From positions 620,001 to 684,000 of the forward strand of contig CBFFRQ010000042.1 in NCBI GenBank assembly GCA_965644315.1: a stretch of 64,000 nt of DNA, written 5' to 3'. A program made the translations under genes and the position numbers. This stretch comes from Caecitellus pseudoparvulus (lineage: Eukaryota; Protista; Bigyra: Bicosoecida). The notes beneath the pieces are model-generated. The model saw only the letters and a program-made list of their open reading frames with translations. It was not told the origin of the DNA and searched no databases. Shown here in pieces: positions 33,473-43,935 of the stretch. Position 1 is the stretch's first letter. Every line of letters begins with the position of its first letter.

Positions 33473-34418
33473 CTACTCCTGCTCGGAGGGTGGACCCGTC
33501 AGCGTGTCGCCAAAGGCGTCGTGGTATGCCGCCACCTTGGCTCCCACGCCTGCCGTGAACAGTGGGGAGGCGCTGCTGGCAGAGCCCCACGGGTTCCACG
33601 GCGTGTACCCTTCCGCGCTGCCCTGCTTGGATTCTGTGCCCTTGCTCGGCTCGTCAGCCGGCTTGGCCTCTGGTGCGGGGCTGGGTGCTGGGGCAGGGGC
33701 GGGGGCTGGCTCTGGCGCAGGTGCTGGTGCAGGGCTGGGTGCCGGAGCAGGTGCAGGAGATGGCTCAGGTGCAGGCGCTGGCGCAGAGGCTGGTGCAGGG
33801 GCGGGGGCGTCCGCAGCCCCCTCCACATCCTTCAGCGAGAACTCGGCAAAGGCGGACACGGTGTCAGCATCCTCCACGGACACGGCGATGGCCTGGCCGA
33901 TTTTGACATCCTCCGTGCCGCCTGGCACGAGGATCTTGGCCAGGAAGCCTTCGTCCTGGCACTCGAAATCCACCGTTGCCTTGTCTGTCTGCACCTCAGC
34001 CATGACCTCGCCCGGAGCAAGCTCGGAGCCCTCTTCCATGAGCCACTGCACGAGGGTGCCGCTCTCCATCGTCTGCACCAGTGATAACATGAGCAAGGTG
34101 ATGCAGCATGAGGGAATGCGCACAGGTGTTGCGCCCGCCACTCACCGGGGACAGCGCTGGCATGCGGATGACGTCGTGGGCAGGGAAGGTGCTGAGCCAC
34201 CGGGCGGCCTGTGAGCAAACGGGAACGTTCAGTGGTGTGGAGCAGCCGGCTACAGCAAACGCAGCCACGAGAAAAGGTATGGGTAAAACGGGTCGCGCAC
34301 CCTGTGATGGAGGGGAGCCGGGGTGAAGGTTGTGGTTGGGTCTGGCGCAAGGTGCGGGGTGTGCTTGCCCGACGCACTTGGTTGCCGCCCGGCTGCTCCT
34401 GGCTGCCAGCGCAAGCAT
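33473..34418 (-). CDS. Mitochondrial single-lipoyl-domain protein (PDH E2/E3BP-type lipoyl domain, no acyltransferase domain); join(complement 34418..34378,34301,34208..34146,34072..33473)
   Basis: MPALSPTMESG..EVQTDKATVDFECQDEGFLAKIL (lipoyl-Lys in TDKA), a Pro/Ala linker and a short C-terminal domain. The 5' structure includes an inferred 1-nt exon. Confidence 0.85.
33670..33812 (-). repeat. Pro-Ala (APAPAP) coding linker repeat
   Basis: Degenerate 6-bp GCACCA/GCCCCA units encoding PAPAPE/PSP. Confidence 0.8.
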
Positions 34419-34557
34419 GCCTGCAGGCGTGTCAAATTGGAAAAACGTAAAAATGAAGACGAACTTGCGTCTTTGCGTGGTCAGCGTGGGATTTGTTTTG
34501 CGTGCAGGCGCAGCTGGCTACACCCCTGCCGCGTTGCGAAACGCGAGCGAAACCCCG
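34419..34557. promoter_or_regulatory. Putative bidirectional promoter (lipoyl protein / GPATCH11), about 139 nt
   Basis: Head-to-head ATGs flank an A-rich core (AAAAACGTAAAAATG). Inferred from gene layout only. Confidence 0.35.
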
Positions 34558-35424
34558 ATGCCGGGGAGTGCTCCTCAGCGCGGCACCAAGCGTTCTCGTG
34601 AGACGCTGACCTTGATATTGTCCTCAAAGCGTAAGGCACGGCAGATCCCCTCCGTGGGCGGCACGCCGTCAGCCAGCAAGTCTAAGAAAGGGGCAGGGAG
34701 GGGAGAAGCAGGCTTGCAGGAGCAGATGCGCAGCTCAGTGCAAGAGGGGCTGGCACAGGCGCTGCACCCCAGCAACAAGGGCCTGCAAATCATGCAGGCC
34801 ATGGGGTACAAAGGAAAAGGACTGGGCAAGCACGAGAGCGGCATGGAGGCCCCGCTGGCACTGGCGCTGGACCAGGGTCGGCAGGGCCTTGGCTTGCGCA
34901 GGGCAGAAGCAGATGCTGCCGCAAGGGCGGCGCGAGCTGAAGCACAGGCGAAAGCGGCGGCCGCCGAGGCGGCTGCTGATGCGAGGGCTTTTCACCGATA
35001 CCACATGTCGTCGGCGTTCGCTGACCGGCAGGCCGAGGCGGACCTGCGTGCTGCACAGCTGGCGGTGCTGGCGCTGGACGAGGAGGCTGGCTGCACAGGT
35101 GGGCGGGCCATGTGGCCAAGGCAGGGCAGTGCACAGGGTGCGGCTGTGGTTGGTGGGGGGCCGGTGCCCGATGCCGACGTTGGCGACACCTTGTGCGGCT
35201 GTGGTGCATCTGCACCCCCACCGGTCGGGGCGGGAGAGGCTGAGCAGACACACGGCCAGGCAGAGCATCCCGTGTGGCAAGCCTGCTCAACCAGGCAGCG
35301 CCTGGCTGCTGCAGAGGAGTACTTGCGAGCCGTGCACACCTACTGCCTGTGGTGTGCGGAGCGCTTTCCCGACGAGGCTGCATTGCACGCTGCCTGCCCC
35401 GGCCCCGGCAAGGCTGCTCACTGA
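34558..35424 (+). CDS. GPATCH11: G-patch domain protein 11 (CCDC75-like, C-terminal DUF4187-type Cys motif)
   Basis: SNKGLQIMQAMGYKGKGLGK..GRQGLG (G-patch) and YLRAVHTYCLWCAERF..CPGPGKAAH. The start codon is uncertain. Confidence 0.82.
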   Translation: MPGSAPQRGTKRSRETLTLILSSKRKARQIPSVGGTPSASKSKKGAGRGEAGLQEQMRSSVQEGLAQALHPSNKGLQIMQAMGYKGKGLGKHESGMEAPLALALDQGRQGLGLRRAEADAAARAARAEAQAKAAAAEAAADARAFHRYHMSSAFADRQAEADLRAAQLAVLALDEEAGCTGGRAMWPRQGSAQGAAVVGGGPVPDADVGDTLCGCGASAPPPVGAGEAEQTHGQAEHPVWQACSTRQRLAAAEEYLRAVHTYCLWCAERFPDEAALHAACPGPGKAAH

Positions 35425-36170
35425 GCCACAGGCGGCGCTGCCAAGCCACTGGCGCTCTGCACCTCGGCCGCAGTGGGCGCTGCCTGGCGGTGACCTGGCA
35501 CTGCGTGCACTCCGTAGTGCTCCGGGTGCATGAAGGGGGCCAGCGCCAGCAGCATGGCGTGCACGTAATACGCGGTGCGGTCCACCAAGCCGTGCGTGAG
35601 CAGCCCCACTGCGCCGGAGCCTTGCTTGCTGCCGCTGCGGCGGAACACTGCGTCGTCCGCGTCGCCCAGCTCCATGCCCTGTCCCATGAGGCGCACGACA
35701 GGGTCGGGCAGGGGGAAGGAGGCAGTGGTGGCGTGGCCCCAGGCGCCCGACGGCACGTGCACGACAGCCATGCAGGCGAAGCACGACAGGGAGGGGGCGC
35801 TGGTGGGGTCGCCCATGTCCACCACGAGGGGCGGTGCGCCAGCCTTGGCCGGCAGCTCCAGCCCGCCGCCAGGCTGCACACCCCCTTCCATGCCGACGGC
35901 AAAGGTCACAGGCAGTCCTTTGTCCTCCGTCTGCACCTGCTCGCCTGCCATGGCGCTCGCAGCCGTGGCTCGGTTCACGGCGCCCTGCAGCGTCTCCGCT
36001 TGCCCCACTGGCTGGTCAGCCACGCCGCTGGGCACCTTGCACACGACGGTGTCGATCACCGCCGAGGGAAATGCAAGTTGAAAGGCCTGTTTGGCTGCGT
36101 TGACTTTCACAGGGTTCCCGCTGCCCACGGCAATGCGCAGGGTGGCCGGATGTGCCTCTTGGCTGGCCAT
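35418..36170 (-). CDS. yjjX: Inosine/xanthosine triphosphatase (YjjX/PRRC1 family)
   Basis: VGSGNPVK, VPSGVADQP, ETLQGAVNRA, VGMEGG, ELGDADD, KQGSGAVGLLT and R..YY..A..LAL.PF. Confidence 0.9.
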   Translation of the reverse strand: MASQEAHPATLRIAVGSGNPVKVNAAKQAFQLAFPSAVIDTVVCKVPSGVADQPVGQAETLQGAVNRATAASAMAGEQVQTEDKGLPVTFAVGMEGGVQPGGGLELPAKAGAPPLVVDMGDPTSAPSLSCFACMAVVHVPSGAWGHATTASFPLPDPVVRLMGQGMELGDADDAVFRRSGSKQGSGAVGLLTHGLVDRTAYYVHAMLLALAPFMHPEHYGVHAVPGHRQAAPTAAEVQSASGLAAPPVAQ

Positions 36171-36439
36171 TGTTGCGGCGCTGCGGAGGTTTGAATGCCC
36201 TGGGCCACCGTGCGCCAAGCAGTGCTGCGGAGCTCCACACTGCAGGGATTCTGTGCACTTCAGACAGCCACCTTGTTCGATTTAAATGACCTTATACACT
36301 GCTGTGGCGGGGAAGCCGCGCGAATCGAGATACGGAGCAATTTCCGCTGCGGCAGGGTCTGCATTTCCACGCCCCGTGCACTGCCCCAGGGACGCAGAGA
36401 GCCAGAGCCAAGTCAAACCAAGTCCTCCCCTTACATTCA

Positions 36440-38644
36440 CTACCTGTCTCCACCTTTCACGGTTGGCTCGTCACTGCCACTGTCGTCATCGTCTGCCGAA
36501 GCCTGGACCTGGCTCACAGCGCTCTCCTCAGCTCGCATGGCCCATATGTAGGCCCACTCCTTGCCATCCGAGCAAGGGAGGCCCCTGGAGGGATGGGACA
36601 CGTAGCCAGTGAAGACGACAGTCTCCACCCCCCACTCCACGGTGCTGGTCAGGGGCTGCGAGGGGGAGGTGTAGTTGTATGGAGCGTGGGTGGTGTTGGC
36701 GGTCCACTCCAACGTCACGGTGGCTGGGGCCTGCACCTGGTGCATGTTAAGGACGGTGAAGTCCAGGGCAGCCTTACCCGCACACCCCGCCGCCTTCTCT
36801 GTCCCCGTCAGAGCACGGCGGGTGCAGCCGAACACCAGGTGCCCGCTGCCTGCGTTATTCACGACACAGGCCAGCAGCTGCTCAGTGGGAACCTCACCGC
36901 GGCTGCCAGTCGAGGGCCGGGTCGAGGCACCAGGAGCTGGTTCACGCACTGCGGCTGCTGGCGTGGCGGCAGCAGTTGACGGGGCGGCAGCTGCCGTCGC
37001 TCCGGCAGCGGTCCGGGCATCACACAGGCGACTGCTCTCAGCAGCCGACAACACACCAGGCGCCAGGCGGGCCTTGATCCACAACCACGACTCGTCGGTT
37101 GCCAGTTGGTGTTTGCTCACCCCCGACGGTGCGCGCCGGCGTGCCTGCTCCACAGCCTCCAGCACAGCGCCGCGAACGCTGCCCAGCAAGCTCTGCAGCG
37201 GGGCGGCGTCGTGGTGAGCGCCATTGGCGGCAGCCGCGTCCCCTGGCGCCACACCTTTCGTTCGCTGCTTCACCAGCTCCGTCACCGCCTCCTGCAGGTC
37301 AGGGTGCAGCGCCGCCGTATCACAGCCGGCAGCCAGGATCCACGGCAGCAGCCGGGCAGCGCGGGCCCCCTGGGCTGGGTTGTCCAGCTCCATGACGTGC
37401 AGGGGCAGCAGCATGCTGGGGTCGCTGGCTGCCTGCGCCACCCCCACTGCCAGAAGGGTGCAGAGCGCGTGCAAGAAGGCCGTTTGCCGCTGCCGCTTGA
37501 GGGCGTCCGGCACACCTGCGCCGTCCTCGCCGTCGTCGTCGTCGTGCATGGTGGAGTAGAATTCGTGGGCAGCCAGGCCCAGGTCAACCAATGCACCCAG
37601 CAAGCGGGCAACGGCGATGTCGCCCCCCTTGTGGTACGCCTTGGCCTTGCGGGAGTCGGCGAGGAGGAAGTGCAGGGAAGCCAAGACGGGCCCCGCCGCC
37701 ACGGCAGTGCCGCGAATGCACTGCCGAAGGAGGATGTCGTGGCCGTCCTTGTCCACAGTGGGGAAAATGAAGCTGTCCGTTGACTCGAGTCTGCGCATGA
37801 GGCCCGTGTTCCCGGCAGAGGCAGCGGCCAGGTACGCCTTGGGCGCGGCGCTGGCGAGGTCCAGGCGGCAGGAGCTCATGTCTGGCGGCAGGAAAAAGGC
37901 AATGCAAGGCTCGTGGCCGGCGGTGATGGCATCCAAGACACCGGCCTGCGCAGGCAAGGCACTCGCGTCCCCTTGGCCAGCCACGCTAGCAGGGCCCAGC
38001 AGCCGCTCCAGTGTCGGCAGGCGACCGGCGGCGCTGGCAGACCGCGTGACGGTGTACAGGGCTGCGCTGCTCTGCGCGAAGAGCACCTTGAGTTCATCCA
38101 GGGCTGGCCCACTGGCTTCGTGCTTCCCCAGCACCTGCAGGAAGGGAGTCGCCTTCTTCACAAAGCCGCGCAGCTCTTCCTCCAGCTGCTCTTCCAGGGC
38201 ACCGTCATCGCCCTCCGCCTCCTCAGCACCACCCCAAGCCGCACCTTGGTCCTCATCTTCCTCGTACGCAAAGTCCTCCTCGCTCACATCGTCGTAGCCG
38301 TCATTCAAGCCACCCACGGACTCCTCGTGCTGCCCCAGCTGCAGGGCGGTGGGTGCCTGCAGCTGCTCGGCCCGGAGGATGGCCTCCACGATGGAGGGCT
38401 TCATGGCCCAGCGCTTCATGCTCTGCAGAGCACACGTTGCGGCCTGCACGGCGTCCGCCTCCACCAGGTGCTGCAGGAAGCGGTCCAGGTCGGCCACCAG
38501 CACGTCGGCCGGGAAAGCCTCTGCCGGGCACACAAAGCTGTCCAGGTGGGCTTTCCAGGGGTCGGACACATCAGGGGCATGTGTTCGAGCCTCCGTTAGC
38601 AGCTCCTGCAGGGTGCTGGTGGTGGCCGCGCCAGTTGCTGCCAT
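36440..38644 (-). CDS. Hypothetical protein with degenerate ankyrin-like repeats and a beta-rich C-terminal domain
   Basis: Intronless frame of about 734 aa. Ankyrin-like segments ASAAGRLPTLERLL, AITAGHEPCIAFF, AASAGNTGLMRRL and DKDGHD. Confidence 0.6.
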   Translation of the reverse strand: MAATGAATTSTLQELLTEARTHAPDVSDPWKAHLDSFVCPAEAFPADVLVADLDRFLQHLVEADAVQAATCALQSMKRWAMKPSIVEAILRAEQLQAPTALQLGQHEESVGGLNDGYDDVSEEDFAYEEDEDQGAAWGGAEEAEGDDGALEEQLEEELRGFVKKATPFLQVLGKHEASGPALDELKVLFAQSSAALYTVTRSASAAGRLPTLERLLGPASVAGQGDASALPAQAGVLDAITAGHEPCIAFFLPPDMSSCRLDLASAAPKAYLAAASAGNTGLMRRLESTDSFIFPTVDKDGHDILLRQCIRGTAVAAGPVLASLHFLLADSRKAKAYHKGGDIAVARLLGALVDLGLAAHEFYSTMHDDDDGEDGAGVPDALKRQRQTAFLHALCTLLAVGVAQAASDPSMLLPLHVMELDNPAQGARAARLLPWILAAGCDTAALHPDLQEAVTELVKQRTKGVAPGDAAAANGAHHDAAPLQSLLGSVRGAVLEAVEQARRRAPSGVSKHQLATDESWLWIKARLAPGVLSAAESSRLCDARTAAGATAAAAPSTAAATPAAAVREPAPGASTRPSTGSRGEVPTEQLLACVVNNAGSGHLVFGCTRRALTGTEKAAGCAGKAALDFTVLNMHQVQAPATVTLEWTANTTHAPYNYTSPSQPLTSTVEWGVETVVFTGYVSHPSRGLPCSDGKEWAYIWAMRAEESAVSQVQASADDDDSGSDEPTVKGGDR

Positions 38645-39071
38645 GCTGCGCGGGTTCCTGCGGTGTGCCACGGGGAATTAGCCCGCAGCCCTTGACGTCG
38701 ACCACTGGGGCTGCCGTCAGAGAAGGGACACCCCAGACCTGTTCAACACCGCATGGCATTGCCATGCAATAGTTGCAGCCTTTCGGGATTGTTGGCGGCA
38801 GGCAGTGCTGATCAGGCCAACACGCCAAGTGGCGATGCCCCCCTGCTGCACCGCGGAGGGGGGGGGCATCCACTGCGGCCAGCGACCACGGCAAGGTGGG
38901 CAGCATAAAGCAACTCCAGGGCAGTGCTTGTGTCACATGCTCACTGAATGACGCCTCAGCTTCCATGAGAAACGCCGGCGCGAGTGAAGGTTCCACCCGG
39001 GGCGGCGAGTTGCGGAAATAGGGTTGCACGTCTCGCTGCCTGTGGCACTGCTGGTGTGTTGAGAGGCGAGG

Positions 39072-42000
39072 ATGGCCAGCTTGGACGCCATTGTGAAAGA
39101 GGCTACCGTAGAGATTGACGGAGAGGGGCGCTTCTACACAACGTACCAGTGAGTTGGCACCGCACATGCGACAGCGAGGCGCTGAGCAGCACGCTGGCAT
39201 TCACCTGTGCAGTGTCCAAGCGAGCGTGCTGCCAGCGGGCGACACGTGGGTGACACGGCACCGGTACTCGGACTTTCACGACTTGAAGTCCCGCATGCTG
39301 GCACTGCCGCGTTCAGAGCGCCCGGACAAGGCGCACCTGCCCCGCCTGACGGGGCGCAAGATGAACAAGGGCACCTCCCAGGTGGTGGTGGACCGCCGCA
39401 TCATCAAGCTGACGACGTACCTGCAGAGCCTGTGTCGCCTCGCACAGCACTACCCCACCATCCAGAGCATCTTGCTGGATTTCATGGACGAGATGCCCAG
39501 TGACCAGCCCCGCGCCCGGCCTTCTGCCGCCTCCGCCCGCCGCAACCCCACCGCCGCCCTCATGCGCATCTCGGCCCACCGGTCCTCCAGCTTCTGCGGC
39601 GGCACGGAGGAAGACGACCGCAGTGATGTGGGGTTGGGCGAGGAGGATGACGACCACAGCGTCAGCGTCAGCAGCACTGTCTCGGCACCCACCAGCCGCA
39701 CAGGGTCTGCCGCCGGCGCCGCCACCACCACCAGCGACCTGACAGGGGACCCCGACCCTGCCCAGTGCTCCAGGTGTGGCCAAGTGCTGCAGGGAGTGTC
39801 AGCTGTGCAGCATGAAGGGCGCATGTACTGTGGTGATTCGTGCTGGATGTTCATGAAGGCGGAGGCGGCCAAGGGCAGCAGCGTGCTGTCGCCGGGCTCC
39901 TCTGGACGCGGCGCCGTGGCCGGACCAGGCGTGCCGGCGGCGAGCAGCCAGATCTCGTCCCACGACGACGGCGGCAGTACCAAGCGCAGCAGCCTGCGCA
40001 TGTTCACAGGCCTCTTCCGTGGCATCGGCATGGGCGGCTCCAGCGCCAAGCCAGCGCCGCCGCGGGAGATGGGCCCCAACGTGCACAAAGTGCACGAGGG
40101 CTGGCTGCTGAAGCGGGGCGGGCAGTATGGCGGGCGCAAGTCGTGGAAGCAGCGCTGGTTCGTGCTCACGGACAGCGCACTGTTTTACCACTCCTCCAAG
40201 CCCTCAGGGTCCTCCTCCACCCTGCTGGGTGTGAAGGAGCTGCTGCCCGTGCCGGGCGCCCCCCCTGCCACCATCCGAGCCCTCCCTGCTACGGCAGCCG
40301 AGGAGCTGGGCTTCTCCCTGTCCCGCTTGGCGGCGCCCTTCTTCATGTCCATCGAGACGCCGGGGCGGGAGCTGTTCCTCTGCGCCACCAATGCGGAGGA
40401 CCAGGCGCGGTGGCTGCGCAAGCTGGCACAGGTGACGGCTGCCTTGGGCGGCTCGCGGCCTCCCTCACAGTCCAGCAGTGGCACCAGCAGCCCGGCCAGC
40501 TCACCTGTCGGCCGCCGCTCCCCGCGGCACTCGGCAGTGTTTGCGGCCATGGGCAGCGGCAGGGGGCGGGGCGGCGCGCTGCACTTGCAGCGGGCAGACG
40601 TCATCACCATGGCAGACTTGAACGAGCAGCGTGCTAAGCTCCCCAAGCGCCAGAGCGGCGGGGAAGGGAGCGCCACCAGTGCACCGCCAGTGCCTCCCAC
40701 CTCCCCTCGAGGCGAAGCGCTGACTCCTGTGGCGGAGTCACACCCGCCCTCCCCCCACGAAGACCAGTCGCCCATCGCCAAGGCGACGCCTGCCGGGGAA
40801 GACAGCGACGAGGTCTTTTCACAGCGCTCCCCCTCCCTGCACTCGCTGGCGTCGGCAGGCGACGGGGACGCCCCCCGCCGCTCCAAGCGCAACAGCCTCT
40901 TCAGTGTGGCCGGCGCGGCGCAGTGGGAGGTGCACGACGAAGAGGTGGAGATGCTGTCCAAGCTGGGCAAAGGCCAGTTCGGGGACGTGTACCAGGGGCG
41001 TCTGTGGGGCACAGACGTCGCAGTGAAGCTGCTGGTGTCTGCGGGGTTGACAGAGGACATCCTGGCGTCGCTGCGGGAGGAGGTGGCGGTGCTGTCCAGC
41101 CTGCGCCACCCGCACATCGTCCTGTTCATCGGCTGCAACACCTCCTGCGCCAATCCCTTCATCGTGACGGAGTTCTGCTCCCGAGGCAGCCTGGATCGAC
41201 TGGTTTACGCGCAGGACGCGGCGTTGCCTGCGACGCTGGCGCTGCGGTTCGCACTGCAGTGTGCGCAGGGCATGGCGTACATTCACAGCCGGGACGCAGG
41301 CATGATCCACCGCGATGTCAAGTGTGAGAACTTGCTGCTGTCTGGCGGCTGGGACGTGAAGGTCGCAGACTTCGGGCTGACAGTCATGAAGGCACGGGTG
41401 AAGGGCAACGCCAGCAGTGGTGCTGGCGCGGGGGGTGGGGACGGCGAAGTGGAGCGAGACCTGGCCAACCTGGGCGGCACACCCCAATTCTGTGCCCCCG
41501 AGGTATTTGAAGGGGAGCACCCAACCAACAAGGTGGACGTGTACGCCTTTGGTGTCGTGCTGTGCGAGCTCTTCCACCGCGTGCTGCCCTTCTCCGACGC
41601 GTGGGACCGGTGGGACTTCATTCAGTGCGTGCTGGAGGACGGCGCGACGCCCACTCTGCCCGTCTGGACAGACGTGCCGGCGCGGTATGGCGCCAGCACT
41701 GCCACCGTGCCCCTCGGCACGCCCAGCCCCCTGCTCCTGCACGCAGCTGCGGAGGTGCGGGCGGCGTCCGAGGCGGTGAGCGAGGCCCCCCGCCTGCCGG
41801 AGACGGTGCACGAGGGCTCTGCCTTCCACTGTGAGGAGAGCTGGGGCGACGACGACGTCGCCTTCGCCCGGGCGCTGTGGCAGGGCATGGCTGGGGCGAC
41901 CCCTGCGCAGCTGGCGTCAGGCACCGCCGCCGTGTCAGTGATGGGCAACCTGCCCACGCTGCACCCATGGCGGGTGGTGGGGCCGGGCTTGGACGGCGTG

Positions 42001-43923
42001 CCCGCTGAGGAGGGCGCTGCCGACCTCCGTGCGCGGGCCCGCTCCGCCTCGGGCAGCACTGACGCCAGCACGCCGGCCATCTTCCTGTCACCAGGCACAG
42101 GGCGGCTGAGCATGGCTGGCGGCAAGACTGCCACGCTGGGCTCCGACACGCCCCTGCCACCCTCCCGTCTCGACAAACTCATGCCGTCGCTGTGCGGCGC
42201 GCCGCTGGACTCCGTCCGCCCGGGGCGGGTGCAGGAGTGGATGGCGTACGAAGGCGACGGCACGGGCGTCTTGCGCGCTCTCATCGAGGCCTGCCTGCAC
42301 CGGGACCCCGACTGCCGCCCCCACTTCCACGACATCGTCACGCTGCTGCGGGAGGTGGTGGCGCTGCCCACCCACGACCTCTTCCTCTGCTTCGAGCTGC
42401 CACGCCTGCAGGAGACGCTTTCGTACGGCCCTGTCGCGGCGCAGGGCCGTGCGGCGCGCGAGATCTCCGCGCTCTGCTGCACGGCCATGGCCGACCGCAC
42501 GGTGAACCTGCGCTGCCCACCGCCGGAGCTGCTGCTGGAGGGCGCCGGCGCACAGACGCCGTCCTTCCTGCGGTCCCCCCCCCAGCGCCGGGCGTCCTTG
42601 CTGGGCATCGCCAGCGGACGGTCGGCAGATGGCTCCCTGCCGCCGGTGTTTGGGCGGGTGCTGGCCGGCTCGCCGTCCCCCGACGCCCCTCTCGCCCTGC
42701 AGGTGGGCACGCTCACCACTGCCCTGCCGCACCTTATGGCAGCCGTCGCCGCCATGCTGCGGTGCCATGACATGTCTCTACGTGCCATGTGCGGGTTCCC
42801 CCTCACAGCAAGAGGGGCAAGTGGGCTGGACCCGACCCCCCCTGGCGCACAGCCCCACCCCAGCCAGCCCACCGAGCCCGCCACGCCTGCTGCCGACAGC
42901 AAGTCTGCGGCGCGGGGCAGCAAGATGGCTGCCCGCCGCGCCGCCCGCAAGGCCATGGAGCAGATGTACGCCCAGCGCACGGACGCGGAAGGCATCATGG
43001 AGGCGGTGGTGGCTGGCGTACAGGCGCTGGAGTTCCTGCTGTTCACGTGGGTGTCCCTGGAAGGCACCGACGCCGCCCAGCAGCAGGGCACCGTCCTGCC
43101 CTTCTCCGCCATGGAGCACATCGCATCCTGCGGCATGCTGCCGCCGCAGGAGCTGTCGCGGGTGGCGCACAGCCTGGCCACGCTGGCCTCCGCACCGCGC
43201 CCCCTCCTGCGGTGGGCGGAGCAAGTGCAGCAGCTGCTGGACACGGGTGCCAAGGCCCCGCGCGGCGCACAGGGCGGCGGGGACCTGTCCACGGCCAAGA
43301 ACTACACCGTGCGCAGCCACGTGCAGGGCACGGCCGCCCGCCTCTTCGGCACGCTGTGGGTGGTGCTCCCTGCGCACCGCGGCAAGCTGGAGCGCATCCT
43401 CGCCAACACCCTCGCAGCGGCGTGCCTGTCCCAGCATGAGCCAGGCGCCCACGCGAACGCCCACCTTGCCTGGCTGTGCAAGCCCTTTATGGAGGTCCAG
43501 GCGAGGGAGGCGGTGCGGCCGTCGCCGGCTCGGCGTGCCACCGTGGCGGTGCCCCGACGGTCGGCAGCTGCTGGCACGCCAGGCGCTGCGGGGGAAGGGA
43601 CGGTGATTGTGCTGGGGAACCAGGTCCTCACGAGGGGCCAGCGCCTGGTGGCGGGGACGGTGGACACCTCCTCCACCGCCAAAGTGTCGGACACCGTCGC
43701 GTCATGGCAGCAGCGGAGCACGCCGCCCATGGCCCGCAGGGGCAGCGCGAGTGGCAGCTCGAGGACGGCCCGACCGCCCAGCAGCGTGCGTGCGACACCC
43801 CCTCCAAAGACAACGCCTGCTCCGCCCCCGCGGGGGGCCAAGGTCAGCGCGCAAGGCCGAGAGGGGGAAGGGGTGGGCAGCCCGCCCCCGCCGCCACCTG
43901 CGCCGGAAGTGGATGGCGTGTGA
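39072..43923 (+). CDS. Multidomain TKL protein kinase: PX, Cys4 zinc finger, PH, kinase and helical tail; join(39072..39148,39213..43923)
   Basis: PX (YTTYHVQ..RHRYSDFHDL..RRIIKLTTYL), CSRC..YCGDSC, PH (HEGWLLKRGG..SWKQRWFVL..W) and kinase (GKGQFG, VAVK, HRDVKCEN, DFG, APE, DVYAFG). One 64-nt intron. Confidence 0.9.
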
Positions 43924-43935
43924 GCTGCAGCGCTT

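Noticed and set aside
30116-36170. CutC, ABM-like, DSD-like and YjjX as a horizontally acquired operon
   Set aside because: Orientations are mixed, the genes are interleaved with intron-containing eukaryotic genes, CutC is widespread in eukaryotes, and I see no compositional break or mobility genes.
38751-38767. Inverted repeat GCATGGCA-T-TGCCATGC in a divergent spacer as an ncRNA or MITE end
   Set aside because: It is a single short palindrome with no second copy and no tRNA or snoRNA boxes. It could be a factor-binding site, but this is unsupported.
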